From positions 1 to 48,533 of the forward strand of contig JBPOIX010000274.1 of assembly GCA_052034175.1 (NCBI GenBank): a stretch of DNA of 48,533 bases, given 5' to 3'. The notes beneath the pieces were generated by a model. That model worked only from the letters and a program-made list of their open reading frames with translations. It was not told the origin of the DNA and did not search any database. Below, piece after piece: positions 16,332 to 23,805 of the stretch (its first letter is position 1; every line of letters starts with the position of its first letter). Origin of the DNA: Actinomycetota bacterium (GTDB taxonomy: Bacteria; Actinomycetota; Acidimicrobiia; Acidimicrobiales; Ilumatobacteraceae). The position numbers were made by a program, and so were the translations under genes.

Positions 16332-16687
16332 GGCTGCTCGTGCCGATAGTTCGGGCACAACTCGATGCGCTCCCCGGTGAACGCCAACAACGCCTCCGCG
16401 GCCCGTAACACGTCGATGACCTCGGATCGCGAGATGCTGTAGAAGACCTGACGCCCATCACGCCGATCGCGAACGAGCCCACACTCCTTCAGACATGCCA
16501 GGTGCCCGTAAACATTGCCCTGCGAGCCGGCGAGCGCCGTGACCAAATCGGTGACACGGCGCTCGCCCGCACTGAGTTCGACCAGGATCGCCAACCGCGT
16601 GCGGTCGGCGAAACCGTCGAAGAGTTTGGCAGCGAGGCCGATCTCGACTGCACGGGTTGCTCCATCGGTGGTGCTCTGCATCACCAA
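16328..16687 (-). CDS. ArsR/SmtB-family repressor, CmtR-like Cys pattern
   Basis: Reads FADRTRLAILVEL...GHLACLKECGLV (CxxxC in the recognition helix) with C-terminal ELCPNY. It is a paralog of the gene at 18894..19235. Confidence 0.88.
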   Translation of the reverse strand: MVMQSTTDGATRAVEIGLAAKLFDGFADRTRLAILVELSAGERRVTDLVTALAGSQGNVYGHLACLKECGLVRDRRDGRQVFYSISRSEVIDVLRAAEALLAFTGERIELCPNYRHEQP

Positions 16688-16690
16688 AAG

Positions 16691-16711
16691 TATCGGCCAC
16701 CACCGATGTAT
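16691..16711. promoter_or_regulatory. Candidate operator upstream of the ArsR-ATPase-lspA unit
   Basis: ATCGG-ccacca-CCGAT is an inverted repeat, extended by CCGATGTATC. The related sequence CCGATGTCATC occurs at 18859-18869 upstream of the paralogous regulator. Confidence 0.3.
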
Positions 16712-16779
16712 CTGTCAACGCCGATTGATCTGGTCCTCGCGAGCCGCGCGACAGCCGCAAGCGGCACCCACCTACGCTG

Positions 16780-18324
16780 TCACGTGACGTTGATGACGCC
16801 CATCATCCCGCGGTCCTCGTGGTCGAGGATGTGGCAGTGGTAGACGGCTCGGCCACCGAAGTCGCGAAACGCAACGCGTAACCGAACCCACCCCCCGGCA
16901 GGAACGTCGACGACGTCCTTCCAGCCGCTTGGCGGTGTTCGCCGGTCGCTGGCGTCGATGACCTGGAACGGCCAGACGTGGAGATGGAAGGGGTGGGCCA
17001 TCGGGGTTGCGTTGGTGACCGTCCACTCCTCGACCGTGTCGAGCGCTGCTTCGACATCGACGCGTTCGGGGTCGAAGCTCTTCCCGTTGATCGTGAACGA
17101 CATGCCGCTTGGACCCATCATTCCGCCCATCGCGAACGTGAACTCGCGTGTTCCGTCGATGTGCGCGTCGGCCAGGGAGTCGATGGTGTTCAGTGGGCCG
17201 TCGACTGCCGGTGTCGTTGTGTCCGGACCGGTACCGATGACGGTGAGTACCGTTTCGGCGGCACCCGATCGGTTCGGTGGACCGCCCATTCCGTCCATGC
17301 CCGTTGTAATCTGCCAGGCAGTGGTCGCGAGCGCCAACGCGGCGCCGCGTTCGACGGCGACCAGGACCTCGGCGCGTTCACCCGGCGCGAGCACGAGCCC
17401 GGTCGCATCGATGGGTGTCGCCAGGCGGCCACCGTCGCTGCTGAGCAGCCACCACCGAGCGCCGTCGACGCGTAGCGGGTAGTACCGCGAGGCGCTCGCA
17501 TTGAGGATCCGCCAACGTTCCATGGTTCCGGTTGGCACGGTGAGCACCGGTTGAGGTGTTGCGTTGACGAGCACGCCGTCACCGACGCGGCCCTGCATCA
17601 TGCCCATCATCGACCACCGGAGCACCTGGGAGGTGGTGCCGATCCGAGGGTCGCTGAACACCATCACCCGCTCCGTCGCGTTCGCGATCAGTGGCAGCGC
17701 GTCGAGCTCGTCATCGACGATGATCACGCCGGCCAAGCCGGCGGCCACCTGCTCGGCGACGGTGCCATGATGGTGTGGGTGATACCAGAAGGTGCCGGAC
17801 GGGTGATCACCAGGAATCTGGTACTCGTAGGTGTGTTCCTCGCCGGGGCCGATCATCACGAACACGTTGTCGCTCGCCGCGTTCGGTGACACGTGAAGGC
17901 CATGAACGTGCAGGTTGGTCGGTGAGTCGAGGCGGTTGCTGAGGGTGACTCGGAGTCGGTCCCCAGGCCGCACTCGCAATGTCGGGCCAGGCGTTGTTCC
18001 GTTGTATGTCAACGCCCACCGCTGACCACCGCGCCAAGGAACCATCGATGGTGCCGCTTCGAGTGTTACCTCGAGGACGCCGCCGTGGCTTGACAGCACC
18101 TCAGGTTGCACCCAAGCCGATGCTGACGCTGGGGATGTGGTTGTCGCCGGGGCACCCGACGTCACGGGCGCCGGACCGGACCCGGGCGAGTGGGCCGATC
18201 GTCGTGGTGAGCATGCAGACACCAACGTTGTGCCGGCCAACGCTGTCGCGCCGATGAGCAGTGACCGCCGCGTCAGGTCGCTGCGAGGAGTTGGACCCTG
18301 GGCTGGTGACGCCGCGGCATCCAC
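16780..18324 (-). CDS. Multicopper oxidase, Tat-exported lipoprotein
   Basis: Starts RRSLLIGATALAGTTLVSACS. Copper ligand motifs are HVHGLHV, WYHPHHHG, HPFHLHVW and HCHILDHEDRGMM. Confidence 0.93.
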   Translation of the reverse strand: MDAAASPAQGPTPRSDLTRRSLLIGATALAGTTLVSACSPRRSAHSPGSGPAPVTSGAPATTTSPASASAWVQPEVLSSHGGVLEVTLEAAPSMVPWRGGQRWALTYNGTTPGPTLRVRPGDRLRVTLSNRLDSPTNLHVHGLHVSPNAASDNVFVMIGPGEEHTYEYQIPGDHPSGTFWYHPHHHGTVAEQVAAGLAGVIIVDDELDALPLIANATERVMVFSDPRIGTTSQVLRWSMMGMMQGRVGDGVLVNATPQPVLTVPTGTMERWRILNASASRYYPLRVDGARWWLLSSDGGRLATPIDATGLVLAPGERAEVLVAVERGAALALATTAWQITTGMDGMGGPPNRSGAAETVLTVIGTGPDTTTPAVDGPLNTIDSLADAHIDGTREFTFAMGGMMGPSGMSFTINGKSFDPERVDVEAALDTVEEWTVTNATPMAHPFHLHVWPFQVIDASDRRTPPSGWKDVVDVPAGGWVRLRVAFRDFGGRAVYHCHILDHEDRGMMGVINVT

Positions 18325-18328
18325 GGGT

Positions 18329-18808
18329 TCAGCGACCCATCATCGAGCCGTTCATCATCCAACCGTCCCAGTCGCCGTCCATGTGTTGGCGCATCCAGGT
18401 GATCATGTCGTCGCACCACGACACCGGAGGTGCGCCGGCGTTGTTCGAGTTGACCCAGGATTGGCAGCTGGCGAGCATTCGGTCGTGGTCGCCCCACATC
18501 ATCATGCCCATCATCCGCCCACCGGTGACCTGCTGGTTCATCCATGCAGTCATGTCGCCGCACCAGTTCGACGTGCCTGCTGACGAAGCGGGAACACTCA
18601 TCATCCAGTTCGTGCACGCCTGGTTCACGTTGGAGACCTGGACGGCAGTGGAAGCTTGACCGGGCGATGAGTCATCTCGTCCGGCAGCAATCGCGAGTCC
18701 GACGCCGAGACCGGCGGCCAAGAGGGCGACTGCGATGACGGGAAGAAGCCAGCGACGCCGCGTAGCGGTCGTGGAGACACCGGTCGGGAGGATGTCGGTC
18801 ATGCCCAT
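18329..18808 (-). CDS. Membrane-anchored Met/Trp/Cys-rich protein with an internal duplication
   Basis: Starts MGMTDILP, then has one TM (WLLPVIAVALLAAGLGVGLAIA). Two repeats follow, each C-x2-W...WC-x-DM-x2-WM...MM-rich. The stop lies 4 nt upstream of the MCO start. Confidence 0.65.
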   Translation of the reverse strand: MGMTDILPTGVSTTATRRRWLLPVIAVALLAAGLGVGLAIAAGRDDSSPGQASTAVQVSNVNQACTNWMMSVPASSAGTSNWCGDMTAWMNQQVTGGRMMGMMMWGDHDRMLASCQSWVNSNNAGAPPVSWCDDMITWMRQHMDGDWDGWMMNGSMMGR

Positions 18809-18858
18809 ACTCTGCTCCGACTGGGTTGTTTGAGGCAGAGCCAAAGGACCCAGATGTT

Positions 18859-18871
18859 CCGATGTCATCGG
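18859..18871. promoter_or_regulatory. Candidate operator in the divergent interval between the Met-rich/MCO unit and the ArsR gene
   Basis: Perfect 6-1-6 palindrome CCGATGTCATCGG, with an extra ATCGG half-site at 18886-18890. Confidence 0.35.
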
Positions 18872-18893
18872 TCGATGGCAATAGGATCGGCCC

Positions 18894-19235
18894 ATGTCAA
18901 TGAAGACCGCCGTTGCCGTGGCCACAGCAGCGAAGCTGTTTCGAGGTTTCGCGGACCCCACTCGTCTGGCAATCCTGCTGGCGCTCGTCGATGACGAGCA
19001 ACGGGTGAAGGACCTCGTCGAAATGATCGGCGGGTCGCAAGGAAATGTCTCGGGTCACGTCGCTTGCCTGAAGGAGTGCGGGCTGATCATCGACCGCCAC
19101 GAAGGCCGACAGGTCTTCTACCGGGCCGCGCATCCCGAGATCGTCGATCTCCTCCATAGCGCAGAACAGCTGCTGGCAGCGTCCGGCGAACAGATCGAAC
19201 TGTGCCCGAACTATCGGGACGTCAACTCGACCTGA
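18894..19235 (+). CDS. ArsR/SmtB-family repressor, CmtR-like Cys pattern
   Basis: Reads FADPTRLAILLAL...GHVACLKECGLI with C-terminal ELCPNY. By eye it is roughly 60% identical to the 16328..16687 product. Confidence 0.88.
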   Translation: MSMKTAVAVATAAKLFRGFADPTRLAILLALVDDEQRVKDLVEMIGGSQGNVSGHVACLKECGLIIDRHEGRQVFYRAAHPEIVDLLHSAEQLLAASGEQIELCPNYRDVNST

Positions 19236-19417
19236 CCGACACCAGGTGACCAGCCGGACGTCGGGATTCTGCGGCGGTCAGGATCGCCATGCGACCTGTC
19301 GTCCGACCGCGCAGTGACAATCGCCTCCGGGTGACGTGCGGTTTATCAGACCCACGCTCACAACCCGCCTTGAGCGTCTCTCCGAGCCCAGGTCGCCGGC
19401 GCCGGCCCCCCGAAAGT

Positions 19418-19441
19418 TGTCCATCCACTTGTCCATCCACC
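19418..19441. repeat. Perfect tandem 12-mer x2 (TTGTCCATCCAC)
   Basis: Read directly from the sequence. It lies in a non-coding interval of about 310 nt next to the tRNA remnant. Confidence 0.9.
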
Positions 19442-19545
19442 ACGCGCTACTGCATGATGTTCAACGAGACCAGACGAGGAGAACACAGAAGCTGAGCAGG
19501 TCAGATGCGACTCAAGGAGACTCGCTGAGACCCACTCGACCGCAT

Positions 19546-19589
19546 TCCTAAACCGCAGGTCGCAGGTTCGATCCCTGCCGGGGGCGCTG
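19546..19589 (+). repeat. tRNA 3'-half remnant (anticodon loop UUCCUAA, CCU = Arg-like, through the acceptor end); direct repeat of 1-24
   Basis: Reads TTCCTAA / ACCGC / AGGTC / GCAGG-TTCGATC-CCTGC / CGGGGGC / G. The 5 nt upstream do not pair with the anticodon-stem 3' strand, and no GCCCCCG 5' acceptor strand lies nearby. Positions 19566-19589 match 1-24 at 22 of 24. Confidence 0.6.
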
Positions 19590-19599
19590 AGAGATGTGG

Positions 19600-20556
19600 C
19601 TAGGTGTCGGCGGCAGCCGCGTGCAACCGGTCGGCGAGTGAGGTCAGTTGTGCTCGGACTGCGTCGGAACCGACGAGCGTGAACGGGGCGGGGATCAACC
19701 CCAACTGCGCGGCGTACCAGGTGGGGTCGTCGGTGCTGCCGCGGAGAGCACAGGTGTGCGCGTCGAGCGGAGTGAGGCGGCCGAGCGCCCGGGGAACGTG
19801 CCGGGCGACGTCGTCGAATGTGGCAGCGAAGTGGACCTCGACGTGGTGAGTCCATCCGTCGGCAAGGTGCTCTTCGACTTCTCGGATCGGGTCGAGATCG
19901 ATCGGCGGTGCCACTCCACCGTCGAGTGGCTCTGCGCTCGCGATCCGGTCGATTCGCAGGACCCGGCGTGCATCCGCGATGACGGACCAGCACAGCAGGT
20001 ACCAGCGGCCATGGCGCACGACGACCGCCCATGGGTCGACGGCGAACTGGTGCTGGGACCCGGGCCGCGACTCGTAGGAGATCTGTAGCCGCGTGTGGTT
20101 TTCGCACGCCTGCGCGACCTCGGCTGTCAATGAGGGGTCGGGGGTGGCAGCGGCGTCGCTCGGGTTCTGGGCGACGACGCGCCGCAGCGCCTCCGCTGGG
20201 GCGGCAGCAGCGTCGGGGAGCACCCGCAGGATCTTGCCAAGCGCTGTCGCCGCCGGATCGCTGGTGTTGATCGATCCGTGCCATCCTCGCAGGAGCGCCA
20301 TCACCAGCCCGAGTGCCTCGGCGGTGCTGAACATCAGCGGTGGCACCCGGGCGCCGCGTCCGATCGAGTAACCGCCGTACCGCCCGCTGACCGACTCGAC
20401 AGGCATTCCCGCTTCGCGCAGGATGCCGACGTAACGCCGCGCCGCCCGGTCGGTGACACCGAGACGTTAGGCTACATCGCTGCCCGTGAGACCGGGAAGG
20501 ATCTGGATCGCCTCGAACGCTCGCAACGCCCGAGCCGTCGGGCTCTCATCGTGGGT
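19600..20556 (-). pseudogene. HTH-WYL (YafY-like) transcriptional regulator with an in-frame TAA (20464-20466)
   Basis: ORF 20467.. ends MTHDESPTARALRAFEAIQILPGLTGSDVA then TAA. The same frame continues RLGVTDRAARRYVGILREAGMPVESVSGRYGGYSI (HTH) and RHGRWYLLCWS (WYL). The stop sits where YafY-type proteins usually have AELAE-RLGV. Confidence 0.75.
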
Positions 20557-20613
20557 CATGGAAACTGCCATTCGAGGAAGTAGATCGTCCGGAATTGACT
20601 TTACCATCGCCTC

Positions 20614-21168
20614 ATGACCGACGAATCGAACCCGATTGCGCCTCCCCCAGTGTTGACCGAGCCACCCCTGGCCGGCAATGAGCTCGACACCCTGCTCGGA
20701 TCGCTCGAGCGGATGAGGCGCACCCTGGCATGGAAGTGTGCCGACCTCGACGCCGCTGCAATGGCCACCACAGTCGGGGCTTCGGCCATCACGATCGGAG
20801 GCCTGCTTCGTCACCTCGCACGGTGCGAAGAGAGTTCCTTCTCTTGGAAGCTGCACGACCACGAACCAGCCTCTGTCCGCGACCCCGGCGGTTGGGACCG
20901 AGACTGGCAATGGACGGCCGGCGACGACGCCGACGAGGTCTGGCAACGCTGGCGTGCCGCGGTCGAACGGTCGCGAACCCTGGTCGCCGAAGCCGTCGCC
21001 GACGGCGGGCTGGATCGAGCCAAGGGACACCACTTCGACGGCTGGGGAACGCCCAGCCTCCGGCGCATCCTGATCGACATGATCGAGGAATACGCTCGCC
21101 ACACGGGCCACGCCGACCTCATCCGCGAGGCCATCGACGGCCGCGTCGGAGAGGACCCCCCGTCATGA
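20614..21168 (+). CDS. DinB-like / DUF664 family protein
   Basis: Reads LERMRRTLAWKCADLD...LLRHLARCE...LIDMIEEYARHTGHADLIRE, typical of DinB-superfamily four-helix bundles. Confidence 0.75.
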   Translation: MTDESNPIAPPPVLTEPPLAGNELDTLLGSLERMRRTLAWKCADLDAAAMATTVGASAITIGGLLRHLARCEESSFSWKLHDHEPASVRDPGGWDRDWQWTAGDDADEVWQRWRAAVERSRTLVAEAVADGGLDRAKGHHFDGWGTPSLRRILIDMIEEYARHTGHADLIREAIDGRVGEDPPS

Positions 21169-21752
21169 CCGGCTACACCATCAAACCCCTTAGCCCCGAC
21201 ACGTGGGACGACTTCGCCCAGTTGATCGAGCGGCAGGGCAACGGCTCCATGGGAGCGCCCTTCTGCTGGTGTACCAACTTCCACCCGCGCGACCCCGCCG
21301 ACGTCCGCAGCTCGGAAGGCCGACGGGCCTACAAGGAACAACTCGTCCAACAGGGAGATGCGCACGCAGCGCTCGTCTACGACGGTGAGCTCGCCGTCGG
21401 CTGGTGTCAGTACGGCAGCCCGGCGGAGCTCCCCGGAATCCACCACCGCAAGGACTACGAGGCGGGCTTGATCGAACTCCCGCAGTATCGGCTCACCTGC
21501 ATCTTCGTGGACAAGGCCTATCGCAAGAAGGGGGTTGCTGCGGCCGCGCTCCTGGGTGCTCTCGACCTGATCGCCGCAGCAGGCGGCGGTGTCGTCGAGG
21601 GATATCCGCACGACCTCCCCGACGGCAAGAGGGTGTCCTCGACGTTCCTGTACAACATGACTCGCCGCGTCTATGAGGAGGCCGGCTTCACGTACCAGCG
21701 GCCGAAAGGCAAGGGCAACTGCGTGATGACCATGACCGTCGCGCCGAAGTGA
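21165..21752 (+). CDS. GNAT family N-acetyltransferase
   Basis: Reads FVDKAYRKKGVAAAALLGALD (acetyl-CoA binding R/Q-x-x-G-x-G/A region). ATGA overlap with the upstream gene. Confidence 0.8.
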   Translation: MTGYTIKPLSPDTWDDFAQLIERQGNGSMGAPFCWCTNFHPRDPADVRSSEGRRAYKEQLVQQGDAHAALVYDGELAVGWCQYGSPAELPGIHHRKDYEAGLIELPQYRLTCIFVDKAYRKKGVAAAALLGALDLIAAAGGGVVEGYPHDLPDGKRVSSTFLYNMTRRVYEEAGFTYQRPKGKGNCVMTMTVAPK

Positions 21753-21842
21753 CACTGCGAGGCCAGCGGCCTGCGGGAGCTCCGTCGCGGACCGCTACGG
21801 CAGGTCGCTCGCCGACGACATCGGTGAGGCCAGGGGTGGAGT

Positions 21843-22520
21843 TCACAGCGACAGCGTGGGCGACGAGGGGTCCACACCGGCGAAACGCAGCGCCTTGGCC
21901 TTGGTCCGCATCGAGACCTCGCGGGGTGCCGCAGCGATCTGCGTGGCCATCTCCATCGCCACTGCCGCGAGTTCGTCGCCCGGCACCACCCGCGAGACGA
22001 TCCGCATCGCCAGCGCCTCGGCAGCGTCGATGCGGCGGCCGGTGAGGCACAGGTCCCGCGCCGCGGCCCCGCCGACGAGGGCGTGCAGCGGGCCGTAGAC
22101 CACGTCGCCAAAGGTGATCTCCGGGTGGGCGAACGCGGCGGTGTCCGCAGCCACGCGGATGTCGCACATGACCGCCAGGTCGAAGCCGCCGGCCAACGCT
22201 GGCCCGTTGACCGCGGCGATGATCGGCAGCGGGAAGCACAGCACCGTGCGGTGGTAGCGGTCGCTCGACGCCCACAGCCGCCGCTGGAACTCGGCGCCGT
22301 CGACCGTGAACTCGGAGAGGTCGAAGCCGGCACAGAACGTCGTGCCGGCGCCCGAGACGACCACGGCGCGCACGGTGGTGTCGGTGGCCAACGCATCGAG
22401 CGCATCGGCGATCTCGTCGCGCAGGGCGATGGACAGAGCGTTGCGTTTGTCCGGCCGGTTGAGGGTCAACCAGGCGATGCCGTCGGCCGGCCGGTCGACC
22501 AGGAGCGAGGAGGTGGACAT
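21843..22520 (-). CDS. Enoyl-CoA hydratase/isomerase (crotonase) family protein
   Basis: Reads LNRPDKRNAL, VVVSGAGTTFCAGFDL and AAVNGPALAGGFDLAVMCD. Start at MSTSSLL. Confidence 0.9.
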   Translation of the reverse strand: MSTSSLLVDRPADGIAWLTLNRPDKRNALSIALRDEIADALDALATDTTVRAVVVSGAGTTFCAGFDLSEFTVDGAEFQRRLWASSDRYHRTVLCFPLPIIAAVNGPALAGGFDLAVMCDIRVAADTAAFAHPEITFGDVVYGPLHALVGGAAARDLCLTGRRIDAAEALAMRIVSRVVPGDELAAVAMEMATQIAAAPREVSMRTKAKALRFAGVDPSSPTLSL

Positions 22521-22560
22521 CCCGGAAACTCTGCCACACCCCTTCCGTACGATCGGAGGT

Positions 22561-23805
22561 GTGGAGGCGTCGACGTTGTTGGGGGTGTTGCACCGGGTGG
22601 TGGGCCGCCTGGCCGCGCTCGATGCGGCGTCGTTGCCTGCGGTGGAGCTGGGGCGGTTGGTGGAGGGGTTGCAGTTCGAGCAGTCCCGTCTGGCGGTCAC
22701 CTCGGCCGGGCCACTGGCGGCGTGGGAGGGGCGCGGCGCTTGGCGTGCGGGTGGGGCGTTGTCGTTCGGGTTGGCGGTGGGGAACGGTGTGCATCGTTGC
22801 CATCGTGCAGTCACTGCGGAGGCGGCACGGGCACGCAAGCTGGTCGGGATGCCACACACAAGGCGGGCGGTGTTGGAGGGGCGGCTGTCGATCGATCATG
22901 TGGACCTGTTCTGCCGCTTCGCCACCGCAGAGCGGTGGGAGCTGTTCGTGCGCGACGAAGCCACGCTCGTCGAGCAGTGCGCCGGCCTGAAGCTGTTCGC
23001 CGACGCACGCACCCTGGTGCGCTACTGGGCCGAACGTGCCGACGACGAGCTCGGTGTGCGCCACACCACCGCACCATCCACCCTGCACATGTCCCGGCTG
23101 GATGCCACAGGCGAGGTCGTCATCGACGGGCACCTGGCCCCGGTGGATGGTGAGATCGTCCGCAACGAACTCAACCGGCTGGTGCGCGAGCTCCGCCTCG
23201 AGGATCGCGCCGCCGGTATCGAGCGCACACCGGCACAGCGCCGCGCCGCGGCCCTGGTGCGTATGGCCGAGCGCTCCGCAGGGGCACGTGGCGTGACACC
23301 CCGTCCCCTGTTCCAGGTGATTCTCGGAGCCGAGACCGCGGCCCACCTGTGCGAACTCGCCTCGGGTGCGGTCGTGCGCCCGGAGGATCTGTTGCCCCAC
23401 GTGGGGCGGGCGATCGTCGAGTCGTTCCTGTTCGACGGCGAGCACCGGGTGCTCGGTGTGTCCCGGCGGCGCACGTTCACCGGCCGGTTGCGTCGGGCGA
23501 TCCAGGTACGCGACCGGCGCTGCCAACACCCCTCCGGCTGCCCCGTGCCCGCCACCGACACCGACACCGATATCGACCATGTGCAGCCCTACGCCGCCGG
23601 CGGCCCCACCAGCGAAGCGAACGGGCAGGTGCTGTGCATCCCTCACAACCGCCTCGCCCACCTGCACGGCCCACCACCTCCGGAGCCCGCCCCATCAGGC
23701 GCTGAACCCACCACCGGGATGGTCTTCCTCGCCCAATGGCGCCGGCGGCTCCAGTGGCAGATCCTCCACGACCCGGACGATCCGCTCTACGCGGCCACGG
23801 GCTAG
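22561..23805 (+). CDS. DUF222 domain HNH endonuclease (13E12-repeat-like family)
   Basis: The C-terminus reads RRCQHPSGCPVPA...IDHVQPYAAGGPTSEANGQVLCIPHNRLAH. The N-terminal DUF222-like region has LFVRDEATLVEQ. The start (GTG 22561) is uncertain. Confidence 0.8.
   Translation: MEASTLLGVLHRVVGRLAALDAASLPAVELGRLVEGLQFEQSRLAVTSAGPLAAWEGRGAWRAGGALSFGLAVGNGVHRCHRAVTAEAARARKLVGMPHTRRAVLEGRLSIDHVDLFCRFATAERWELFVRDEATLVEQCAGLKLFADARTLVRYWAERADDELGVRHTTAPSTLHMSRLDATGEVVIDGHLAPVDGEIVRNELNRLVRELRLEDRAAGIERTPAQRRAAALVRMAERSAGARGVTPRPLFQVILGAETAAHLCELASGAVVRPEDLLPHVGRAIVESFLFDGEHRVLGVSRRRTFTGRLRRAIQVRDRRCQHPSGCPVPATDTDTDIDHVQPYAAGGPTSEANGQVLCIPHNRLAHLHGPPPPEPAPSGAEPTTGMVFLAQWRRRLQWQILHDPDDPLYAATG

Noticed and set aside
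1-19600. Search for integrase, transposase or IS elements inside the putative island
   Set aside because: No ORF in any frame shows tyrosine or serine recombinase or DDE transposase hallmarks by eye. Absence is reported rather than a feature. Degraded fragments could still be missed without HMM searches.
20557-21111. Upstream extension of the WYL-regulator N-terminal ORF (20467..21111, 214 aa)
   Set aside because: The extension is antisense to the DinB-like gene and has no HTH-family similarity. The family-like sequence begins at MTHDESP (20556).
21688-23667. 659-aa minus-strand ORF spanning the enoyl-CoA hydratase and HNH genes
   Set aside because: It is off-frame or antisense to two genes with clear family motifs. 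The product is Gly/Arg/His/Pro-rich with no recognisable domain.
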